This document shows, one piece after another, positions 18,836-28,107 of a stretch of 64,000 nt of DNA. The first letter of the stretch is position 1. The number at the start of each line of letters is the position of its first letter. A program made the position numbers and the translations under genes. Source of the DNA: Candidatus Latescibacterota bacterium (GTDB taxonomy: Bacteria > Latescibacterota > UBA2968 > GCA-2709665); NCBI GenBank assembly GCA_965226795.1, contig CBDDDZ010000004.1, positions 800,001 through 864,000 on the forward strand, in the 5' to 3' direction. The notes beneath the pieces are model-generated. The model searched no databases. It saw nothing but the letters and a program-made list of their open reading frames with translations, and had not been told where the DNA came from.

Positions 18836-18935
18836 TAACGGAGATCCTTCCCGGCAGCGGGAATTCTACAACCGCAGATGTCCGTTCCGTGCACGCAACC
18901 GGTCACGTCGGGGACTTCAGAGTGAGGGCAGGGCG

Positions 18936-20714
18936 CTATTTCCCGTCACGCTTTGCGGAAACGTCACGGCCCTTTGAGGCGACAGGACCGGCGGGTGCTT
19001 CGTTGCTGTATAGGGCGCCGCCCCGCTCGTAGGAAACCGATACCTGCCCGTTTTCGACTTCCAGGCGGGGGACGTTTTGGTTGAAGACGTCCCGGTCCGG
19101 ACCGCGCATAACGGCCAACTGGGCGTCGGTCATGTCGTCTACGAGGTCACCCCACCGGTTCTCGGCGTGGGCCATCTCGCCGCCGCTGCGGTTGAAATTA
19201 CGGGAGGAATACTTGATGAGGATCGCGCGGCGTGCAACTTCGTTTCTCCACGCCAACGCGCCGTGCGTCTGTCCCCCGTCCATGAAGAAAAGGACGTCGC
19301 CGGCTTTCATTTCGGGCTGACTGACGAGCCCCATGTCGTCGTCGCACAATCGCACGCCGGGGGGCATGCGATACTGGGACTTGTGGCTGCCGGGCACGCA
19401 GGCGAACCCGCCCATGCCGGCGGGAACGTCGCGCAACTGCCAGGTAACCGTCATGGCTTCGCAGTAGCTGCGGCCGTTCTGATAAACATATCCGCGGCCG
19501 GGGTTGAGCGGTTCGTTTGCGTCGTGCAGGGTGTGGCCGGAACCGCCCTTGACGGAGCAGAAGGCCGTGGCGTCGCCCAACCGTCCGCCGCTGGCGCCCA
19601 TCCAGTTCAGGCGGTGCTCCACGACCGGGTGCGCGACCATTCGCCGGAAGGGATTGCAGTAGGGTTCCGGAAGTTGTAGAAGGTTGGACAGCAGCGGCCT
19701 GCCGGTTCCAGCCAGCGCTTTCGATCCTCCGGAAAGTTCCCTGCCCACTTCGATCCGGTCTTCGTATCTGTCGATGGCGTCGTTTGCCTGTTCCAGCCAC
19801 GCTTCGTCCATCACGTTCCGGAGGACGAGGTGGCCGCAGAGATCCCAGAAGTAGAACTCCTTCTCGTCGATCCCGGATTCCGGATTCCTGACGTAAACTG
19901 ACGGATGATAGACCTCACGGGATTCGTCGAGGCGCACCGACTCTCCGTCCGTGAGGATGGTGGGCGGCGGGGTGGTGCTTTCGTAGCCGGGTCGATAGAG
20001 GGAGGCCTTCTGTTCGGCGGAGATGGCGGACATCCAATCGCGTGTGGGGTCTTCTCCGGTTCTGGGGCCGCTTCCGGTGGAGCGGATGACGCCCCGGCCC
20101 GCGAACTCGTAAGAGAGAAGTCGCTGGGGACCGCTCCCCGCCCACGGTCGCATGCCCTGCAGCAGGGCGCCGGCAACCAGGAGCAGGTCGCCGGCTTTGA
20201 GCGCGGGCTGCAGCGTGAGCCCCATGTCGTCCCTGCCGGTGAGCACGTCGTGGGGGGTCTCCACGTTGGACTTGTGAGAACAGGGTACTATAACGAAACC
20301 GCCCGCGCCCGCCTCCGCATCCGCAAGGGCCCACGCGGCGCGAACCGTTTCACTGAAGCGGCGCCCGTTCTGGTAATAGTAGGCCCGGGTGGGGTCGCGC
20401 GGTTCGTTGCCGCCCTCAAGAGGCGCATCCGGTTCGCACGTGGCGTCGCAGAGCAATTCCGGTTCGGTCTCAAGACGGAAGCCCTGCCCGACAACCTGAT
20501 TGAGATACCAGACGAGTTGGGGATGGACAAGAAGGTCGCGAAAGGGTTTGCGCAGGGGGTGAGGCCAGCCCAACATGCCCTGCGATGTCCCGCCGGCATC
20601 GATCGCCGAATTCAGGCCGGCAATTTCTCCCCTTGTCAGTACACCTCTGACAATAAGGTATCCGCCGATGTCGAAGCAGTAGTTTTCTTCGTTGCTCATA
20701 GAGTCGCGGTCCAT
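18936..20714 (-). CDS. Tandem two-domain phytanoyl-CoA dioxygenase (PhyH) family protein
   Basis: Two repeats of GYL/GHL-x-VL...GGFxxVPxSHKS...KAGD. Confidence 0.85.
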   Translation of the reverse strand: MDRDSMSNEENYCFDIGGYLIVRGVLTRGEIAGLNSAIDAGGTSQGMLGWPHPLRKPFRDLLVHPQLVWYLNQVVGQGFRLETEPELLCDATCEPDAPLEGGNEPRDPTRAYYYQNGRRFSETVRAAWALADAEAGAGGFVIVPCSHKSNVETPHDVLTGRDDMGLTLQPALKAGDLLLVAGALLQGMRPWAGSGPQRLLSYEFAGRGVIRSTGSGPRTGEDPTRDWMSAISAEQKASLYRPGYESTTPPPTILTDGESVRLDESREVYHPSVYVRNPESGIDEKEFYFWDLCGHLVLRNVMDEAWLEQANDAIDRYEDRIEVGRELSGGSKALAGTGRPLLSNLLQLPEPYCNPFRRMVAHPVVEHRLNWMGASGGRLGDATAFCSVKGGSGHTLHDANEPLNPGRGYVYQNGRSYCEAMTVTWQLRDVPAGMGGFACVPGSHKSQYRMPPGVRLCDDDMGLVSQPEMKAGDVLFFMDGGQTHGALAWRNEVARRAILIKYSSRNFNRSGGEMAHAENRWGDLVDDMTDAQLAVMRGPDRDVFNQNVPRLEVENGQVSVSYERGGALYSNEAPAGPVASKGRDVSAKRDGK

Positions 20715-20745
20715 AGCTCTTTCTCCCTGAAATGGGGTTTGTTGA

Positions 20746-21657
20746 TCAGGAACTTTCCGCCCATTTTTCCCGTTCCCATTGCTTCTGTCCAATCCTTTCC
20801 ACGTAGGACTCGCCCTTGTGCTTCAGAAGCCATCCCTTGAGCGGGACATCGGCATCCGTCGGCTGCCACCATCCTTTGACATCCACCCCGTCCCCCAGGA
20901 GTTGGCGTCGGATCGGATCGCATTTTTCGAGAATTTCCTCTTGAATCAGGTTGTAGTCCAATCCTCTGAGCCAGCGATAGCTGTATCCCAGGAATAACAC
21001 TTTTCGCGTGGTATCGGACGTATTCAACCCCCGCGCATGCCATAAACGCCTGTCGAAGAGGACCGCCGTTCCTGCTTTTACCCGGACCTGCATCATGTCT
21101 TCGAAGCCTGACGCCCTGGATGACCCATTGCCGCCGGCGGGCCAGCGATCCGGCGGGATGTCGCGTTTGTGGCTGCCTGGAACAATGCGAATCCCGCCCC
21201 GTTCGGGCGCGCGGGTGTCAGATAGCCAGAATGCGACCTTCAGCGAAAGCCGGGGATGTGGACGCTCCATCTCCGGAACGGGACGGCCGCCATCCTGATG
21301 CCAGCCGCCGGTCTTCGGATCGGCTGTGGCTCGCGGCTCCGGCGGGTAACATATCAGGTGCGAAATATAGTGCTGGACATTCCAGCCCAGTATGTCCCAG
21401 ATGAGCGGGAATGTCCGAGGCAGATCCAGCAGATCCAGAAAGGCGTCGTCTTCGACAATGGTCCGGAATTTGTTCATCAATTGATCGGGCTCGAGCCCCT
21501 GTTTTTCGCGTTCACGCGCATCCACGCGGTCACAGGCGTCCAACAGCCGGCCCAGCATTCGCGAATCCAGTGCATTTTCGACGATCAGAAAGCCTTTCTG
21601 ATCGAAGTGTTCCCGCTGTTTGTCCGTCATACAATGGTCAAGACAAATGGTCTCCAT
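20746..21657 (-). CDS. Phytanoyl-CoA dioxygenase (PhyH) family protein
   Basis: GWHQDG, IVPGSH, KAGTAVLFDRRLWHA. Confidence 0.9.
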   Translation of the reverse strand: METICLDHCMTDKQREHFDQKGFLIVENALDSRMLGRLLDACDRVDAREREKQGLEPDQLMNKFRTIVEDDAFLDLLDLPRTFPLIWDILGWNVQHYISHLICYPPEPRATADPKTGGWHQDGGRPVPEMERPHPRLSLKVAFWLSDTRAPERGGIRIVPGSHKRDIPPDRWPAGGNGSSRASGFEDMMQVRVKAGTAVLFDRRLWHARGLNTSDTTRKVLFLGYSYRWLRGLDYNLIQEEILEKCDPIRRQLLGDGVDVKGWWQPTDADVPLKGWLLKHKGESYVERIGQKQWEREKWAESS

Positions 21658-21938
21658 CGTGTTTCTCCCATTGTGTTATCCATGTACCTTATTTCTCCTT
21701 GCAGGAGTAGATTGTCCCGGGATGCGTTGATTGAGGGTTCAAAAACGCTTCGACAACGCACTAGAATATCGGCCAGAACCGGGGGAAGGCAAGGACAAAA
21801 AACGGGGGGCGCAGGGTATTCGCGTTGATTTTTTCAGCCGGGCACATTAGATTGCGGCACCCCTGCGCCCGTACCTATCTTCTTCACCCGGGAAACAGGG
21901 CGCACGCGGATGTACATCTTCGAGAAAGTGAGAGTATA

Positions 21939-23336
21939 TTGGCTTCCCGGAATACAAACGTCGTGTTTATTTTAACGGATGACCAGGGTGTATGGGCCGC
22001 GGGGTGTTACGGCAATGCTGAAATCCGCACGCCCAATATCGACCGGATCGCGGACACCGGCGTGCGGTTCGAGAACTTTTTCGTGGCATCGCCGGTCTGT
22101 TCGCCCAGCCGTGCGTCGTTCTTGACGGGACGCATTCCTTCACAGCACGGGGTTCACGATTGGATCAGAAATGGAAACGTGGGGCCGGATGCGGCTTCTT
22201 ACCTGGCGGGAGAGGTGACATACACGGATGTGCTGGCGGAACACGGATGGACGTGCGGGATCAGCGGCAAGTGGCATCTGGGCAATAGCCAGATTTCGCA
22301 ACATGGGTTCGAGCACTGGTTTGTGCATCAACAAGGCGGCGGAAAGTACAACGATGCGCCGATGGTGCGGGACGGCAGGCTGATTGCGGCGCCAGGATAT
22401 GTGACCAACGTGATTACGGACGACGCGCTGGCGTTCATAGACCGGCATGAGAACAACGATGATCCGTTCTACCTGAGCGTGCATTATACCGCACCGCACA
22501 GTCCGTGGACGGGGCACCCTCAGGAAGTGGTGGATTCCTACGAGGATTGCGCGTTTACGTCGTGTCCGCAGGAAGCCCGGCATCCGTGGGCCATCGGACT
22601 GACGGATCAATGCCTGGGCAACCGTGAAATGTTGAAGGGATATTTCGCCGCCGTGACGGCAATGGACGCCGACGTGGGAAGGATTCTGGACAGGCTGGAG
22701 GCGCACGGCATTCGGGAACAGACACTGGTCGTCTTCGTAAGCGATAACGGGTTCAGCTGCGGGCACCACGGATTCTGGGGCAAAGGGAACGGCACGCGTC
22801 CCCTGAACATGTACGAGAATTCCGTCAAGGTTCCGGCCGTGATGAGCCATCCGGGACGAATTCCGGAAGGGTTCGTACAGCCCGCGATGGTGAGCGCGTA
22901 TGACTTTATACCGACGCTTCTGGATTACCTGGACCTGCCGCTTCCGAAGGGACGGAATCTGCCGGGAAGGAGTTTCCTTCCCGCGTTGCTCGGCCGGGAA
23001 GACTCCGGCCGCGAATCCGTGGTGATTTACGACGAATACGGCCCCACCAGAATGGTCAGGACGGGGGAATGGAAGTTTATTCACCGCTACGCGGAGGGGC
23101 CGAACGAACTCTACGACCTGGTGAACGATCCGGATGAACGCGAGAATCTCGTGAACGATGCTGATCAGGCCTCGCGGGTAATGGCGATGCGGGCGATGCT
23201 TGAGGATTGGTTTTCGACCTATGCGGACCCGGAAAAAGACGGGCGCGAACGGGCCGTTACGGGCGGCGGACAACTGAGGCCGGTCGGAGGAGATTGGGAG
23301 GATGGCGGCGATGCTTTTCATGGAAAGATACGATAG
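21939..23336 (+). CDS. Formylglycine-dependent sulfatase
   Basis: NVVFILTDDQG, CSPSRASFLTG (CxPxR), GKWHLG, SDNG; TTG start inferred. Confidence 0.93.
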   Translation: MASRNTNVVFILTDDQGVWAAGCYGNAEIRTPNIDRIADTGVRFENFFVASPVCSPSRASFLTGRIPSQHGVHDWIRNGNVGPDAASYLAGEVTYTDVLAEHGWTCGISGKWHLGNSQISQHGFEHWFVHQQGGGKYNDAPMVRDGRLIAAPGYVTNVITDDALAFIDRHENNDDPFYLSVHYTAPHSPWTGHPQEVVDSYEDCAFTSCPQEARHPWAIGLTDQCLGNREMLKGYFAAVTAMDADVGRILDRLEAHGIREQTLVVFVSDNGFSCGHHGFWGKGNGTRPLNMYENSVKVPAVMSHPGRIPEGFVQPAMVSAYDFIPTLLDYLDLPLPKGRNLPGRSFLPALLGREDSGRESVVIYDEYGPTRMVRTGEWKFIHRYAEGPNELYDLVNDPDERENLVNDADQASRVMAMRAMLEDWFSTYADPEKDGRERAVTGGGQLRPVGGDWEDGGDAFHGKIR

Positions 23337-23436
23337 ACCGTACCCCGGTATACACGTCCGACGCGTGGGGTGGGGTCGGACCGGTCGGCGGTAAGTCGGC
23401 TCGATTGTCAAAACCCGTAAGAGCGAGGAGTAACCC

Positions 23437-25071
23437 ATGAACGTTGCAGACGTGGTGGCCCATATATTGAAGGCGGAGGGTGTGGAATATTTATTCGCCT
23501 ATCCGGTGAATCCGCTCATCGAGGCCGCTGCCAAGGTGGATATCCGGCCCATTCTCGTGCGCCAGGAACGGATTGGCCTTCATATGGCCGACGCGTTGAG
23601 CCGGATGACGTCCGGCAGGCAGATCGGCGTCTTCTGTATGCAGAGCGGTCCGGGGTCGGAGAATGCATTTGGCGGTGTCGCCCAGGCATATGGGGATTCG
23701 GCGCCGATCCTGGTGCTACCGATGGGTTATTCCAGGAAGCTGACCAATGTACAGCCGAATTTCAACTCCGCGCTGAATTACCGGCATGTAACAAAGCTTT
23801 CAGAGCAGGTTATCCTGGCGGAAACCGTACCCGAGGTGATGCGACGGGCATTTACGCAGGTTCGAAACGGACGCCCCCGTCCTGTGCTGGTGGAGTTTCC
23901 AACCGACGTTTTCGACGAGGAGGTCCCCGGAACGTTTGACTACCGTCCCGTTCCTGCATTGAGAGCCGGTCCCGATCCGGACGCGGTTACCGTGGCGGCA
24001 ACCATGTTGCTGAACGCGCAGAGGCCCGTAATTTACGCGGGGCAGGGCGTCCACTACGCCGAGGCGTGGGAGTCCCTTCGGGATCTCGCGGAACTTCTGG
24101 AAGCGCCGGTGACCACCAGCCTCGGCGGGAAGAGCGCGTTCCCGGAGAACCATCCGCTTTCTCTGGGCTCCGGCGGCAGGTCCATTCCTAAGACCGTACA
24201 CCACTTCCTGCAGGAGACGGATCTGATTTTCGGGATCGGATGCAGTTTTTCGCGCACCCATTTCGGGGTATCAATCCCCGAGGGCAAGACGGTTGTCCAT
24301 GCGACACTGGATGCGGAGGACATCAATAAGGACGTGGAGGTCGAGCACGCCCTGCTGGGGGATGCAAAGCTCATCCTGGAAGCCGTGACGGCGGAGATTC
24401 GAGAACGGCTGGGTGGCCGGCCTCGTGGACGGACGGAACAGGTGGCGCAGGAGATTGCCGCAGTCAAATGCGAGTGGCTTGAGCAATGGATGCCGAAACT
24501 GACGCTGAACGAGGCGCCGCTATCGCCTTACCGGGTAATCCGGGATCTGATGCAGACGGTGGACGTACCCAATACGATCATCACCCACGATGCCGGCAGC
24601 CCGCGGGACCAGCTTTCTCCGTTCTGGGAATCTCAAACGCCGCTTTCCTACATCGGCTGGGGAAAGACGACCCAACTCGGTTACGGGCTGGGCCTTGCGA
24701 TGGGCGCCAGGCTCGCCAGACCGGACAAGCTCTGTATAAACGTATGGGGCGACGCCGCCATCGGGTTTACAGGAATGGATTTTGAAACGGCCGTCCGTGA
24801 GCGGATACCGATTCTGTCGGTGCTCTTCAACAATTTCAGTATGGCCATCGAACTACCCGTGATGCCCGTCTCCACGGAAAAATACCGCAGCACGGATATT
24901 TCCGGGCACTATGCGGACATGGCGAAGGCATTCGGCGGTTACGGAGAACGGGTGGAATCCCCGGAAGACATCGTGCCCGCTATCAAGCGGGGAATCCGGA
25001 AGACGGAGGAAGGCGTGCCGGCGCTGCTGGAATTCATCACGGCGAAGGAAATCGAATTTTCGCTTTTCTGA
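23437..25071 (+). CDS. Thiamine pyrophosphate-dependent enzyme (acetolactate synthase-like)
   Basis: VRQERIGLHMAD, GPG, GDAA...NN TPP motif. Confidence 0.92.
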   Translation: MNVADVVAHILKAEGVEYLFAYPVNPLIEAAAKVDIRPILVRQERIGLHMADALSRMTSGRQIGVFCMQSGPGSENAFGGVAQAYGDSAPILVLPMGYSRKLTNVQPNFNSALNYRHVTKLSEQVILAETVPEVMRRAFTQVRNGRPRPVLVEFPTDVFDEEVPGTFDYRPVPALRAGPDPDAVTVAATMLLNAQRPVIYAGQGVHYAEAWESLRDLAELLEAPVTTSLGGKSAFPENHPLSLGSGGRSIPKTVHHFLQETDLIFGIGCSFSRTHFGVSIPEGKTVVHATLDAEDINKDVEVEHALLGDAKLILEAVTAEIRERLGGRPRGRTEQVAQEIAAVKCEWLEQWMPKLTLNEAPLSPYRVIRDLMQTVDVPNTIITHDAGSPRDQLSPFWESQTPLSYIGWGKTTQLGYGLGLAMGARLARPDKLCINVWGDAAIGFTGMDFETAVRERIPILSVLFNNFSMAIELPVMPVSTEKYRSTDISGHYADMAKAFGGYGERVESPEDIVPAIKRGIRKTEEGVPALLEFITAKEIEFSLF

Positions 25072-25164
25072 TCGCGTCAATTGAAACGGCTATTCCATCT
25101 CCGGCGAAACGCGAATCCGTTGCGCCATCCAACATCGGTTCCACAATCAGACAGGAGGATTTTA

Positions 25165-25707
25165 ATGGGCCGGCTATCGGTTTTGGGCTTGGCGGTCCTT
25201 ATTGGTTTAGTGATATCCTGTGGTGACGACAAACCCACGGAGCCCGTCCACGAACTGGTTGGATCCTGGACTTACCAGAGATCCGAATTCAGTGTCACGG
25301 CAGCGACAACCCTGCAGAATTACCTGATGGGCCAGGGCCTGGACCAGACGGCAGCGCAAACCATGGTCGCTGACTTCATGAATGAGATGAGTAGCGGCTT
25401 CCGGGAAACGGGCCTGGAGATCGTGCGATTCAACCAGGACCTAACCTACGAAGATAATTCCGGCAATTCGGGAGTCTGGTCCGTACAGGGCGACGTCCTC
25501 ACGTTGGCCGGCGAAGATGGGTTCACCATACAATGCCAGTACTCTGTGGACGGCGAAGACCTGACGCTCATCCTGAACAAGGAGCGATACCTGAACATTG
25601 TCAGGCAGACGGAGGGTACGGTTGCGACCGACCCGGAGATCGTGGTGCTTCTGGATATTTTGTTTGGCGACGGGGACTCACTACGACTCTTCTATAAGGC
25701 CAGTTAG
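25165..25707 (+). CDS. Lipoprotein, lipocalin-like, copy 1
   Basis: Lipobox LVISC; ELVGSW motif; GGAGG RBS. Confidence 0.85.
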   Translation: MGRLSVLGLAVLIGLVISCGDDKPTEPVHELVGSWTYQRSEFSVTAATTLQNYLMGQGLDQTAAQTMVADFMNEMSSGFRETGLEIVRFNQDLTYEDNSGNSGVWSVQGDVLTLAGEDGFTIQCQYSVDGEDLTLILNKERYLNIVRQTEGTVATDPEIVVLLDILFGDGDSLRLFYKAS

Positions 25708-25781
25708 CGGGCGGGAATTTTCGTGCACGTGACAGGTGCGGACGCGAAGCTGAGGTTGCGACACAGAAGGAGGGCGTCCTG

Positions 25782-26324
25782 ATGGGCCGGCTATCGGTTT
25801 TGGGCTTGGCGGTCCTTATTGGTTTCGTGATATCCTGTGGTGACGACAAACCCACGGAGCCGGTTCACGAACTGGTTGGATCCTGGGTTTACCAGAGATC
25901 CGAATTCAGTGCCACGGCAGCCAGAAACCTGCAGAGTTACATGGTGAATCAGGGCCTGGACCTGACGGCTGCGGTGCGCCTGGTCGCTGAATTCAAGAAT
26001 GAGATGGATAGCGGCTTCCGGGAAACCGGATTGGAGATCGTGCGATTTAATCAGGACCGAACCTACGAAGACAATTCCGGCAATTCGGGAGTCTGGTCCG
26101 TACAGGGCAACGTCCTCACGTTGGCCGGCGAAGACGGATTTACGATTCAAAGCCAGTACTTTGTGGACGGCGAAGACCTGACGATCATCCTGAACAAGGA
26201 GCGATACCTGAACATCGTCAGGCAGGCGGAGGGTACGGTTGAGATCGACCCGGAGATCGTGGTGCTTCTGGATATTCTGTTTGGTGACGGGGACTCACTG
26301 CGACTCTTCTATAAGGCCAGTTAG
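25782..26324 (+). CDS. Lipoprotein, lipocalin-like, copy 2
   Basis: Near-identical to copy 1, 617 bp downstream. Confidence 0.88.
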   Translation: MGRLSVLGLAVLIGFVISCGDDKPTEPVHELVGSWVYQRSEFSATAARNLQSYMVNQGLDLTAAVRLVAEFKNEMDSGFRETGLEIVRFNQDRTYEDNSGNSGVWSVQGNVLTLAGEDGFTIQSQYFVDGEDLTIILNKERYLNIVRQAEGTVEIDPEIVVLLDILFGDGDSLRLFYKAS

Positions 26325-26398
26325 CGGGCGGAAATTTTCGTGCACCTGGCAAGTGCGGGCGCGAAACTGAGGTTGCGACACAGACGGAGGGCGTCCTG

Positions 26399-26942
26399 AT
26401 GGGCCGGCTATCGGTTTTGGGCTTGGCGGTCCTTATTGGTTTCGTGATGTCCTGTGGTGACGACAAACCCACGGATGCCGGTTCACGAACTGGTTGGATC
26501 CTGGACTTACCAGCGATCCGAATTCAGTGCCACGGCAGCGACAAACCTGCAGAATTACATGGTGGGCCAGGGCCTGGACCTGACGGCCGCGCAAACCATG
26601 GTCGCTGAATACAGGAGTGAATTGGATAGAGGCTTCCGCGATAACGGCCTGGCGATCGTGCGATTTAATCAAGACCGAACCTACGAAGACAATTCCGGCA
26701 GTTCGGGAGTCTGGTCGGTACAGGGCGACATCCTCACGATCGTCGGCGAAGATGGGTTAACCATTCAGTGGCAGTACTTTGTGGACGGCGAAGACCTGAC
26801 GATCATCCTGAACAAGGAGGGGTACCTGAACATTTACAGGCAGAGGGAGGGTACGGACGAGATCGACCCGGAGACAGCGGCGCTTCTCGACATTTTGTTT
26901 GGCGATGGGGACTTAATACGACTTTTCTATAAGGCCGGATAA
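26399..26942 (+). pseudogene. Lipoprotein copy 3 with +1 frameshift near 26476
   Basis: acggatgccgg versus acggagccgg in copy 2; the two track ORFs join into one paralog. Confidence 0.8.
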
Positions 26943-27362
26943 AGAACCTGACTCGTTTCAGCCTGGATATTCTCGAACTCCCGAACCATAGACACTCCAA
27001 CGGAATTGGAACATTGCGCCTTTGGATCCAAAGCATCCAACGGCGCAAGCTTTAGAGTCTTACAATGCGACTTCTACCAAAATGGATACAGGTTTGTTCA
27101 TGCTGCTTGTTCGGGGATTCGTGTTAATGATAAAGGATCCACGTAGGGCGTGGCGTTAATGGCCTGTCTGCCGCGCCGGGGTTCGTTGAAGGGATCTTAC
27201 CGGCCCGATGATCGGCCGCCCTGTCATTCTGAGCGCAGGCGAAAAGCGCCTACCGAAACGTGGAAGGGGGATTCCGTTCACCGATCTCTGATGTTCGTTG
27301 CTTGCGCTGCAATCGAATGTTCGGATTTACTTTGAAAATCGAAATGTCTATTTTAGATATTC

Positions 27363-27511
27363 ATGTATAATCGAATATCAATTTTAGATTTGTTCGGCGT
27401 TTCTGAGTGTTTTCTATGGGACCGCGCCAGACCTCGGACGGCATTTTGATATTGCCGTGGCAGGATTTCCTTGACCGGCTCTGGAGCGGCGCGAATTTCC
27501 CGCTACCATAG
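27363..27511 (+). pseudogene. Collapsed AAA_14/DUF4143 ATPase relic (N- and C-termini only)
   Basis: MYNRISILDLFGVSECFLW(G)PRQT joined to SDGILILPWQDFLDRLWSG. Confidence 0.6.
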
Positions 27512-27634
27512 TCTCCTTTCTGCCGACCTTGTACGCAGACCGCCTTCCCCCAGTCCTTCCCTCTCATCACCGCTTTTTCATTCTCCGATTGATCGGTCCC
27601 GCGTCTCTCCCCTCCCCCGCCGGTTGGATGTATT

Positions 27635-28107
27635 CTATCCCACGATCGCATTGATGTTCTGCACAATAATGTCCGTCGCGCCCAGGGTTCGGAGGCGGAT
27701 CAGAAGCCCGGCCGTTTGCGATTTAGGCACGACGGTTTCGATCGCGCTGGCGCAATCCGAAAGAGCGCTGAGCGTCGGCGCGCGACGGGCGGGCAGCGCA
27801 TCCAGGACTGCATTTCTCTGAGAGTTGTCGACGTTCAATTTAATGAGTTGTTGATTCTCAGCCTCGAGCGCGCCGGCCATCAGGTCTCCCAGGGCGATCA
27901 ATTTGGATATTCGACTTCGCGCGATAACGACAATGGGAGATACCATGATTTCATCGAATATCTCGAGGCCGTTTTCGCGCAGACTGCTGCCCGTTATCGT
28001 GACACCCGCGCCGTAGTCGAAAAGCTTCATCGCCACCTTGATTTCGGTGCTTCCGTGTGAGAAGTCGATATCCGCATCCGGGTACCGGTTGCTGGTGATC
28101 GCCGGAT
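27635..28107 (-). pseudogene. hisG: Duplicated 3' half of hisG, fused in frame to a cadherin-like domain
   Basis: PAITSNRYPDADIDFSHGSTEIK...VQNINAIVG* matches the C-half of 44477..45337 with scattered substitutions. Confidence 0.92.

Noticed and set aside
25165..26942. Diversity-generating retroelement TR/VR pair
   Set aside because: Differences between copies are not adenine-specific and no reverse transcriptase is in the window
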